Shown: positions 36,089 to 43,031 of the stretch, piece after piece
Layout of the letters: every line of letters starts with the position of its first letter
Numbering within the stretch: the stretch's first letter is position 1
Assembly (NCBI GenBank): GCA_041568755.1
Contig: JBFFZF010000001.1
Span: 1,033-65,032, forward strand
Direction of reading: 5' to 3'
Origin: Longimicrobiales bacterium
GTDB taxonomy: Bacteria > Gemmatimonadota > Gemmatimonadetes > Longimicrobiales > RSA9
Length of the DNA stretch: 64,000 nucleotides
Notes under the pieces: generated by a model
Told to the model about the DNA's origin: nothing
Seen by the model: the letters and a program-made list of their open reading frames with translations, nothing else
The model's database searches: none
Translations under genes and position numbers: made by a program

Positions 36089-37522
36089 GTGATCCTCAGC
36101 CTGCATCGGAACCGGGTCATGCGGGGGCTGGTCGTCATCATTGGCGGCATGGTCCTGCTGGATGTGCTCATCGACGTGCTCCAGTTCGGCTTCGGGCATG
36201 CATCGCTGGGCGGTCTGCAGCCGCTGTTCGATGTGGGTGACGAAGGGACGATTCCGACGTGGTTCGCAGCGGTCCAGCTGCTGGGCGCCAGTGCACTGCT
36301 CGCCCTGATCGCCACTGTCGAGCAACGGTGCGGGCGCGGGGCGATGCCATGGTGGGTCCTCGCTGTCGGCTTTCTCTACCTCTCCTTCGATGAGGCGGCG
36401 GAAGTTCACGAGCAGGCGGGGCTGCTCCTGCGCGGCATCGTGAAGAGGGATGGCATCTTCTACTTCCGCTGGGTCGTCATCGCCGTGCCCCTGTGTATCG
36501 CGTTGTACCTGCTGTTCCGCGGTTTCCTTCGGCGCCTGCCGGCGGGTACGCGCCGCGGGACGCTGCTGGGTGGCGCACTCTTCCTCGGCGGTGCGGTCGG
36601 CATGGAGATGGTGAGCGGCTGGCTCATCTCCCGCGGCCTGTCGGGGGATCTGGGGAACGGACTGCTGAACGGGCTCGAGAACGCGCTGGAACTGGCCGGC
36701 ATAGCCGTCTTCGTCGGTGCGCTGTTCGCACACATCGAGGGTCTCGAGCCGACGCCGGATTCCACGGGCCACCCGCCGGCAACAGCCGCGGCGCACAACC
36801 GGGTTCAGCCGATCGATCTGCGTCTGAGGCCGGAGCGCTGGGGGCGCGGCCTCGTGGTTGCCGCGATCGCCATCCTGCTCGCCACGGCGCTGGCTGTCGC
36901 CTACCGCTTCGGGCCTGCCGCCGGGAAGTTGGGGCTCCTGACCTCGCTTCTCGACCCGACCCGGAACCGGAGCCTGCCGGTCTGGGGCGTCTCCATGCTT
37001 GCGGCCCTGGCGGCGAGTTTGAGCCTGTTCGCGCGACCCGGAGACAGAACGGGCACGGCCGGGGAGCGCGTCCGCTTCGGCCTCGTGCTCGGCCTGGTTG
37101 CTCTTTCGGTCGATCAGGCCATGGGGTTCCCCGGGCACGGCGCACCGATCTTCCCGCTGGCGGCGCTGGTGCCCGGCCGCCTCGCGTCCGTCTGGCAGGT
37201 GACGGGTACCCTCCTGCTGTGCGTGTTGCTGCTGTCGATGTTCGTTGCGACCCGGAGCCTGCGTGGACCCATCCGCCGGACGTGGTCGGCGTCAGGCGTG
37301 CTCCTCGCACTGGGGTGGGCCGGAACGCCGCTGCTGCTCTCCCGGGTTGCGCCAAGAAATCCGGCGGCCGGCGTCATCGGCGGCGCGGGGGTAGCCGTGC
37401 TTCTCGCGGGTCTGATCCTGTTCGTCTCCGCCGTGCCGATGGTGATGGCCAGGGGCGAACCGATCCTCGAAGCCGATCCCGGAGCGCGCGTCGAGCCGCT
37501 CGCTTCGTCCGGCCATTCCTGA
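36089..37522 (+). CDS. hypothetical polytopic membrane protein (477 aa)
   Basis: Long ORF at native high GC with many hydrophobic helices. No family recognised. GTG start; an ATG at 36119 is possible. Confidence 0.6.
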   Translation: MILSLHRNRVMRGLVVIIGGMVLLDVLIDVLQFGFGHASLGGLQPLFDVGDEGTIPTWFAAVQLLGASALLALIATVEQRCGRGAMPWWVLAVGFLYLSFDEAAEVHEQAGLLLRGIVKRDGIFYFRWVVIAVPLCIALYLLFRGFLRRLPAGTRRGTLLGGALFLGGAVGMEMVSGWLISRGLSGDLGNGLLNGLENALELAGIAVFVGALFAHIEGLEPTPDSTGHPPATAAAHNRVQPIDLRLRPERWGRGLVVAAIAILLATALAVAYRFGPAAGKLGLLTSLLDPTRNRSLPVWGVSMLAALAASLSLFARPGDRTGTAGERVRFGLVLGLVALSVDQAMGFPGHGAPIFPLAALVPGRLASVWQVTGTLLLCVLLLSMFVATRSLRGPIRRTWSASGVLLALGWAGTPLLLSRVAPRNPAAGVIGGAGVAVLLAGLILFVSAVPMVMARGEPILEADPGARVEPLASSGHS

Positions 37523-37534
37523 GCCGGCGCGCGA

Positions 37535-37690
37535 TCAGGCGGCGGAGGATGCAGCGCCCTCCGGCGCCATTTCACCCGACGCCGCGTGGGTGTGAGCGGG
37601 CGCCTGCGCGCGCGTCAGCAGGCTGACGGTGATCAGAGCGATGATGTTCACGAGCGCAATTCGGTCTATCCAGCTTGGTGTGGCAGACCC
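37535..37690 (-). pseudogene. orphan 3' fragment of a sodium:solute symporter gene (last TM helix plus tail)
   Basis: Minus-frame translation gives '..PSWIDRIALVNIIALITVSLLTRAQAPAH..*'. It aligns with the end of the intact SSS protein, 'GVIVNIAVLVVVSLLTK' (9/17 identical). An in-frame stop lies upstream at 37742-37744 and no start is available. Confidence 0.65.
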
Positions 37691-37704
37691 TCGCTCGCTG
37701 GATC

Positions 37705-37741
37705 GGGAGCGGGCACCGGCGAACCGTCGGTGTCCGCTCCC
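37705..37741 (-). terminator. GC-rich hairpin downstream of the 62-codon ORF, at the left junction of the islet
   Basis: On the minus strand: GGGAGCGGACACCG, a 9-nt loop, then CGGTGCCCGCTCCC (14-bp stem with 1 mismatch). It begins 13 nt after the ORF stop. No U-tract. Confidence 0.4.
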
Positions 37742-37754
37742 TCAGCAGCTCCAC

Positions 37755-37943
37755 TCAGTAGCAATCCGTCCCTCTGAGGATCTTCTGCCAGCGCTTATCC
37801 CAGTCGACCTCAGTCTGGCAGCTCTGCGGGGGCTCGTCGTCGGTCCACGCCTGGATGAAGGTCACAACCAAGACAAATCTCGGCTCGGCGCTCCGATCCA
37901 ACACGGCCACGCGACTTGGTGCGGCGGCGGCGGCTCTGGCCAT
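37755..37943 (-). CDS. hypothetical 62-aa protein (ORFan)
   Basis: The ATG at 37943 is preceded by AGGAGG with a 4-nt spacer. Sequence: 'MARAAAAAPSRVAVLDRSAEPRFVLVVTFIQAWTDDEPPQSCQTEVDWDKRWQKILRGTDCY'. The 90-aa track version lacks an RBS. Confidence 0.5.
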   Translation of the reverse strand: MARAAAAAPSRVAVLDRSAEPRFVLVVTFIQAWTDDEPPQSCQTEVDWDKRWQKILRGTDCY

Positions 37944-37971
37944 GATGCCTCCTAGGCCTGGGTGGTGTGTC

Positions 37972-38000
37972 ATGCTAGTATCCATGGTATCTTTTCGCAA
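37972..38000 (-). promoter_or_regulatory. candidate promoter TTGCGA-N17-TAGCAT for the 62-codon ORF
   Basis: Read on the minus strand: TTGCGA (38000-37995), a 17-nt spacer, then TAGCAT (37977-37972). It lies 28 nt upstream of the ATG at 37943. Confidence 0.45.
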
Positions 38001-38020
38001 GATCATGTTCTCGCACTGTG

Positions 38021-38059
38021 TTGACATCTGGCCACACCTGCGATAGCATGCCTATGCTA
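38021..38059 (+). promoter_or_regulatory. candidate promoter TTGACA-N17-TAGCAT with an overlapping palindromic operator, TAGCAT-GCCT-ATGCTA
   Basis: TTGACA at 38021-38026, a 17-nt spacer, then TAGCAT at 38044-38049. Its inverted partner ATGCTA lies at 38054-38059. Confidence 0.55.
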
Positions 38060-38174
38060 ATTATGACGTCCTGTAGCCAATGAGACCCTTTCGGCTGCCA
38101 ACGGCATCGCCTGGTCGCCGGTTTCTTTGAGTTCTCGGATGGGCCCGAGCGTCTCAGCACAAGGCGGTGAGGAA

Positions 38175-39347
38175 ATGGAAGAGTTGAGGGCGAGGAAGCG
38201 GCTGGATGCACGCGAAAAGATTGATATGGTCATGAAGCGTTTTGGTCCGCTCCGCCAAGGCAAGAGAATGCCAACGCTGCAGCAGCTCAAGTCGCTCTAT
38301 TTTCCGGAGCGTGACCCCTCAGTAATCTCTCGTGCGATAACGAGCGCGTTCAAAGAAGGTCTCGTCGCCGTTGTGGAAGTTCGCCAGCCATCCGCATCGC
38401 TGCCCGTTAGAAAGCCGCTGCTGGAGAAGGCCCTCCTTAAGATCTACAGGGATCTACACGGCGCCATCGTGATCGATGACGATGACGATTCCCTTGGGCA
38501 ACGCGAAGCCGGCGATCGACTTCACGAGAAATTGGGCTTAGCGATGGCGGAAGCGCTGTCGAGTGGGTCTATGTTCAGGGATGGAGACGTCATCGGCCTT
38601 GGCAGCGGCCGGGGCGTGTATTATACCGTGGCGGCGTTGGAGTCGCTAACACGTGTCGACAAACTCAGAACGCAGTCCCTCACTCTCGTATCTTTGACCG
38701 GAGACATGCACGTTCGCGATCATAGCAAGCAGCTGAATTTTGTCATGGATGCAAACGACCACATCAGCATCCTTGGGAGATGTTTCGGTCCCCCAATCGG
38801 CCTGCACAAGGTTTATAGCCGGGGTGTTTTCGACCCACAGGGCGCGTTCACTGGTCCAGTGCCCGACATCGCCCTCGTTGGTGTAGGCGCTTTGGTAGAA
38901 GGCCATCGGTTGTTCGATTTTGAGCCGACCGACCGCGACGATCCGCTTTTCGATGAGCGGCGTGACATTCAAGAGCTCGTTCGACTCTCTTCTCGTCTTA
39001 CTGAACTATACGGCGGCGAGTACTGTCCAGTTGGAGATATTTCCAATTACCTGTTCTACGTCCCGCCACCACGAGGACGAAACGACGTGGATGAGGGCAT
39101 TCGTGACCAACTGGTGAGCGAATTGAAGAAATACATCAAGCGACTGAACAAGAAACTCGTCACGATTCAGGAAGACCAGCTTGCAGACGTCAACACGATC
39201 ATTCTGGTAGCGGGCACTGCCTGGAAACGACAGGCGATCCATTCTTTGTTGACGGGCGGCGCGGACGGCGAGATGATTCGGACGCGAATACGGCATTTGT
39301 GCACCGATCGAACAACAGCAGAAGAGCTCATTGACATGAACGGCTGA
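38175..39347 (+). CDS. atypical SorC/CggR-like protein (HTH plus sugar-phosphate-binding-like domain), 390 aa
   Basis: 'DPSVISRAITSAFKEGLVAVVEV' is HTH-like. 'DVIGLGSGRGVYYTVAAL' and 'IILVAGTAWKRQAIHSLLTGG...HLCTDRTTAEELI' follow the SorC effector-domain pattern. Low GC. Start ATG 38175 follows GGTGAGG; alternatives are 38127 and 38139. Confidence 0.6.
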   Translation: MEELRARKRLDAREKIDMVMKRFGPLRQGKRMPTLQQLKSLYFPERDPSVISRAITSAFKEGLVAVVEVRQPSASLPVRKPLLEKALLKIYRDLHGAIVIDDDDDSLGQREAGDRLHEKLGLAMAEALSSGSMFRDGDVIGLGSGRGVYYTVAALESLTRVDKLRTQSLTLVSLTGDMHVRDHSKQLNFVMDANDHISILGRCFGPPIGLHKVYSRGVFDPQGAFTGPVPDIALVGVGALVEGHRLFDFEPTDRDDPLFDERRDIQELVRLSSRLTELYGGEYCPVGDISNYLFYVPPPRGRNDVDEGIRDQLVSELKKYIKRLNKKLVTIQEDQLADVNTIILVAGTAWKRQAIHSLLTGGADGEMIRTRIRHLCTDRTTAEELIDMNG

Positions 39348-39419
39348 ATCTGGCTGGGCGGTCGTTGCAACAGAATCAAGTGACGTAGTGATGATTGACT
39401 GCCAGCTTCCACAGTGCCA

Positions 39420-40886
39420 CTAACTGGGCTCCTCGACGAACGCCGCGACGTGTCGCGAAGTCTGCTGCTTCGTAAGCAGGCTCACCACCACGAGCACGGC
39501 GATGTTCACGATCACGCCCAGAATGCCCTCGTGGATCTCGTATGGCCGGAGGTCCGGCTTCCACAGGAAGAAGATGGTCGTTGCGGAACCGGCGATGAGG
39601 CCGGACAGCACGCCCGGCGTGGTGGCGCGCCGCCAGTAGAGTGCCGCGTACACGGGCGGGGCGATCTGGTCGATCAGGCCGTACGAGGTGAGCAGCAGCC
39701 AGACCAGGTTGGGCTGCGCGACGACGGCCAGATAGTAGGCGATCGCGCCGACCGAGAGCACGAGCCCCTGCATGATGTGCCGGCGCCGCTGTTCGTCGAC
39801 CTTGAAGAAGGGCGCGATGCCGTCCTCGATCGCGATCGAGGCGGCCGCATGCAGCAACCCGTCGCCCGTCGACATGGAAGCGGCCAGCGCCCCCGCGCAG
39901 AACAGCCCGACGATGATCGCCGGCATGCCGGTCTCGAGCAGCAGGTGGGGCAGGATGTGGTCCGGGTTGTCCGGCGCGCTGGCGAACAGCACGCCCGCGA
40001 ATCCGACGAGCAGCAGCGGGATGAGGAAGAGCTGGAACGTCGGATACAGCACGACGCTGCGGCGCAGTGTGCGCTCGTCACGGGCCGTGAACGCCTTCAT
40101 GAAGATGTGCGGCCACATCGCGATGTCGATCGCGGACGACAGGATGGCGGTCGAGTAGCCGCCCCAGCTCCAGCGGGTCCCGTCCGCGCGCAGCCCGGGC
40201 AGCTCGAGCAGTTCCGGTCGCGCCGCAGCGATGCTCTCGAACATCGGGCCGATGCCGCCGTACAGCAGGTGCGGGATGTACAGGCCGACGCCCCACGCCA
40301 CCGCCACCATCACGAAGCCCTGGAACACGTTGGTCCAGCCGACCGCGGTGGCGCCGCCCAGCAGGACGTAGACGATGACCACGCCGTACGCCAGCGCCGC
40401 GCCCAGCCAGAACGGCACGTGTCCTTCCGTCACGGTAGTGAAGACGATGCCGGCCCCGCTCATCTGCAGCATCACATAGGGCACGAACGCGGCCACCGAG
40501 ATGACGGCGAGGAGCACGGACAGCGTGCGGGCAGGGAAACGGCCGGTGACCAGCTGCGCCTGCGTCACGTAGCCGTGCGACCGTCCGAGCCGGGCGGCGC
40601 GCGCCCCGACGAAATACCACGGGGCCATGCCGAGCACCCCGTAGCCCAGGATGTAGAGCGCAGCGACACCGCGCGAGTAGGCCCAGCCCGGTCCGCCCAG
40701 GAAGGCGAAGGCGCTGAACACGGTGCCGCCGATGATGAAGTAGAGCGGCAGCAGCCCGAACTGGCGATCCGCGGCGACGTAGCCGGTGACGTTGTGGCTG
40801 GCGCGCCGCCCGGACACGAGGCCGACGACGAGCGTGAAGACGAGATAGGCGGAGACGATGGCGGTGACGATGTGCCAGCGCTCCAT
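39420..40886 (-). CDS. sodium:solute symporter (SSS) family transporter
   Basis: 488 aa and polytopic. 'YVAADRQFGLLPLYFIIGGTVFSAFAFLGGPGWAYSRG' is typical of the SSS family. Confidence 0.88.
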   Translation of the reverse strand: MERWHIVTAIVSAYLVFTLVVGLVSGRRASHNVTGYVAADRQFGLLPLYFIIGGTVFSAFAFLGGPGWAYSRGVAALYILGYGVLGMAPWYFVGARAARLGRSHGYVTQAQLVTGRFPARTLSVLLAVISVAAFVPYVMLQMSGAGIVFTTVTEGHVPFWLGAALAYGVVIVYVLLGGATAVGWTNVFQGFVMVAVAWGVGLYIPHLLYGGIGPMFESIAAARPELLELPGLRADGTRWSWGGYSTAILSSAIDIAMWPHIFMKAFTARDERTLRRSVVLYPTFQLFLIPLLLVGFAGVLFASAPDNPDHILPHLLLETGMPAIIVGLFCAGALAASMSTGDGLLHAAASIAIEDGIAPFFKVDEQRRRHIMQGLVLSVGAIAYYLAVVAQPNLVWLLLTSYGLIDQIAPPVYAALYWRRATTPGVLSGLIAGSATTIFFLWKPDLRPYEIHEGILGVIVNIAVLVVVSLLTKQQTSRHVAAFVEEPS

Positions 40887-40888
40887 GG

Positions 40889-41131
40889 TCAGGCGCCTCC
40901 CGTCCCGCGTCCGCTGCCGCTGCGGTCTTCCTCACGCGTGATCGCGCGCTCGAGGATAAGCAGGAAAACGGCGCCGATCGCCACCCACAGCGCGGACCAG
41001 AACAGCGCGAACGGCAGGCCCAGCACGAGCGGACGTACGCGGTTGAAGGGCAGGACGCCCGGCCAGGTCAGGGCGATGGTGAGCGCGACCAGGTAGACGA
41101 TGACGAGCGTGCGGGCCGCGCGTACGGACAT
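40889..41131 (-). CDS. small 2-TM accessory membrane protein (DUF3311-like)
   Basis: Start at ATG 41131. Two TM helices. Sits immediately upstream of the SSS gene, as DUF3311 genes usually do. Confidence 0.6.
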   Translation of the reverse strand: MSVRAARTLVIVYLVALTIALTWPGVLPFNRVRPLVLGLPFALFWSALWVAIGAVFLLILERAITREEDRSGSGRGTGGA

Positions 41132-41132
41132 C

Positions 41133-41372
41133 TCAGGACTTCTCGCGCAGGGCGCGGGCGGCCGCATCGAGCGCGGCCGTGAGTTCGTCGATCAGCTCGC
41201 GGGTGGCGGACAGCGTCAGACCCTCGGCGCCCATCTGGGTGCGCAGCCCACGGATCTTGCGCGCCGCGTTCTCGATGCGCGAAACCGGATCTCCGGCGCC
41301 CGACAGGTCGTCCCCGAACGGATTCGTGCGGGGCCGGCTCTCGTCGTCATCGCCAAACGGGTTCCTGGTCAT
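41133..41372 (-). CDS. hypothetical 79-aa protein with two NPFGDD repeats
   Basis: The ATG at 41372 is preceded by AGGGAG. 'MTRNPFGDDDESRPRTNPFGDDLSG...' is followed by a helical tail. Its stop lies 1 nt from the next start. Confidence 0.55.
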   Translation of the reverse strand: MTRNPFGDDDESRPRTNPFGDDLSGAGDPVSRIENAARKIRGLRTQMGAEGLTLSATRELIDELTAALDAAARALREKS

Positions 41373-41385
41373 GACGGCTCCCTTG

Positions 41386-42165
41386 TCAGCGGCCGGTGAA
41401 GCGCGCGTCCCGCTTCTCCAGGAAGGCACGCACGCCTTCGACGCGGTCTTCGCTCGCGAACGCGGTGATGAAGAGGTCCCGCTCATGCGCCAGGCCGGCG
41501 GCCAGCGGCGCTTCCAGCGCGGCGCGGACGGCAGCCTTGGCCAGCGCGAGCGCGACCGGTGACGAGGCGGCCAGCCCGCGCGCGATCTCGAGCGTCCGGT
41601 CGCGCAGCTCGGCGTCTTCGAAGACCCAGTCGACGAGTCCGATGCGTTCAGCCTCGGTCGCGTCGATCAGTTCGCCGGTCAGGATCATGCGCAGGGCGCG
41701 GCCGGTGCCCACCAGCCGGGGCAGCCGCTGCGTGCCACCGCCGCCGGGCAGCAGGCCCAGCCGGATCTCGGGCTGGCCCAGTCGCGCGGAGCGGGCCGCG
41801 ATGCGCAGGTCGCAGGCCAGCGCGATCTCGCAGCCGCCGCCCAGCGCGTAGCCGTTGATCATGGCCAGGGTCGGTTTCTCGAATGCGGCGATCTCGTCGA
41901 ACGGACGGCGGCCGCTCATGGCCACGCGCTGCTCGACAGGCGAGCGCTCGGCGAACTCCGCGATATCCGCACCGGCGATGAACGCGCGGTCGCCGGCGCC
42001 GGTGAAGAGGACGACGCGCACATCATCGTCGGCACGAAGCTGGTCTAGCGCGGCGATCAGCTCCTTCCGGACCGTCGCATTGAGGGCATTGCGCTTCTCC
42101 GGCCGGTTGATGACGACCGTGGCGATGTGATCCTCGATTTCGACGAGCAGTGTTTCCCAGCTCAT
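41386..42165 (-). CDS. enoyl-CoA hydratase (crotonase)
   Basis: 'INRPEKRNALN', 'AFIAGADI', 'TLAMINGYALGGGCEIALACDLRIA' and 'GQPEIRLGLLPGGGGTQRL'. Confidence 0.92.
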   Translation of the reverse strand: MSWETLLVEIEDHIATVVINRPEKRNALNATVRKELIAALDQLRADDDVRVVLFTGAGDRAFIAGADIAEFAERSPVEQRVAMSGRRPFDEIAAFEKPTLAMINGYALGGGCEIALACDLRIAARSARLGQPEIRLGLLPGGGGTQRLPRLVGTGRALRMILTGELIDATEAERIGLVDWVFEDAELRDRTLEIARGLAASSPVALALAKAAVRAALEAPLAAGLAHERDLFITAFASEDRVEGVRAFLEKRDARFTGR

Positions 42166-43031
42166 GCGCCTTCACCATCGGTCCAGGTATAGAAGCCATG
42201 GCCGGTCTTCCGGCCGAGCCGGCCCTCGGCGACCATGCGCTCCAGGATCGCCGGCGGCTTGAACGCATCCGACGCGAGTTCCGCGTGCAGGTAGCGCGCG
42301 ATGTCGAGCCGCACATCCAGTCCCACCAGGTCCGTCAGCCGCAGCGGTCCCATCGGATGCCGGTAGCCCAGCTCCATGGCCTTGTCGATGTCTTCGGCGC
42401 TGGCCACACCCTGCTCGAGCATGCGCATCGCTTCGAGTCCGAGCAGGACGCCGAGGCGTGAAGTCGCGAAACCGGGTGCGTCGCGCACCACGACCGGTTC
42501 TTTCCCCGCGGCACGCACGAACGCGAGCGAGGCCTCGACGACCGCCGTCTGCGTGTCTTTGCCGCGCACGACCTCGACGAGCCGGTTGATGTGGACCGGA
42601 TTGAAGAAGTGCAGGCCGATCACGCGACCCGGCTGCACTGTGGCACGCTGCAGCGCCGTGATGCTCAGGCTGGATGTATTGCTGGCCAGGATCGCGGCCG
42701 CGTCGACGCTCTGGTCGAGCGTGCGCAGTATCGCGGCTTTCAGCTCCATCTTCTCCGGCACGGCTTCAATGACGAGCTGCGCACCGGCGGCGCCGCGCGC
42801 GATGTCATCGGCGACGGCGATACGCTCCAGGATCACGTCCTTCTGCGCCGGCTCGAGCTTGCCGCGCGCGATGGCGCCGTCGAGGTTGACGGCGACGCGT
42901 GCGATGCCCGCCTCCGCGAGGTCGCGCGTCGCGTCGATCAGGGTCACGCGGTACCCGGCCGCGGCCGCGACCTGTGCGATGCCGTGTCCCATGGTGCCGG
43001 CACCGACGACGGCAACGCGGGTGATCGCCAT
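42162..43031 (-). CDS. hbd: 3-hydroxyacyl-CoA (3-hydroxybutyryl-CoA) dehydrogenase
   Basis: Start at ATG 43031. 'VAVVGAGTMGHGIAQVAA' is the Rossmann motif; 'SNTSSLSIT' and 'GLHFFNPV' are also present. Confidence 0.92.
   Translation of the reverse strand: MAITRVAVVGAGTMGHGIAQVAAAAGYRVTLIDATRDLAEAGIARVAVNLDGAIARGKLEPAQKDVILERIAVADDIARGAAGAQLVIEAVPEKMELKAAILRTLDQSVDAAAILASNTSSLSITALQRATVQPGRVIGLHFFNPVHINRLVEVVRGKDTQTAVVEASLAFVRAAGKEPVVVRDAPGFATSRLGVLLGLEAMRMLEQGVASAEDIDKAMELGYRHPMGPLRLTDLVGLDVRLDIARYLHAELASDAFKPPAILERMVAEGRLGRKTGHGFYTWTDGEGA

Larger units (their letters stand above)
37691..39419. other. low-GC islet (probable horizontally acquired segment) without mobility genes
   Basis: Hand counts: 31/60 G+C (38281-38340) and 29/60 (38701-38760), against 42/60 (36901-36960) in the neighbouring gene. 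A/T-ending codons are common here and rare elsewhere. Confidence 0.7.

Noticed and set aside
37755-38027. The 90-aa version of the islet's minus-strand ORF, and the +strand ORFs 37586..37777 and 37629..37955.
   Set aside because: The 90-aa start lacks an SD and would lie inside the predicted divergent promoters, whereas the internal ATG at 37943 has AGGAGG. The +strand ORFs have no RBS and overlap both the symporter fragment and the minus ORF.
37691-39419. Interpreting the islet as a defence system, toxin-antitoxin pair, retron or mobile element.
   Set aside because: No nuclease, ATPase, reverse transcriptase, integrase, transposase, terminal inverted repeat or known toxin/antitoxin fold is recognisable. 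It holds only a regulator-like protein and an ORFan. It is kept as an unexplained acquired cassette, not as a named system.
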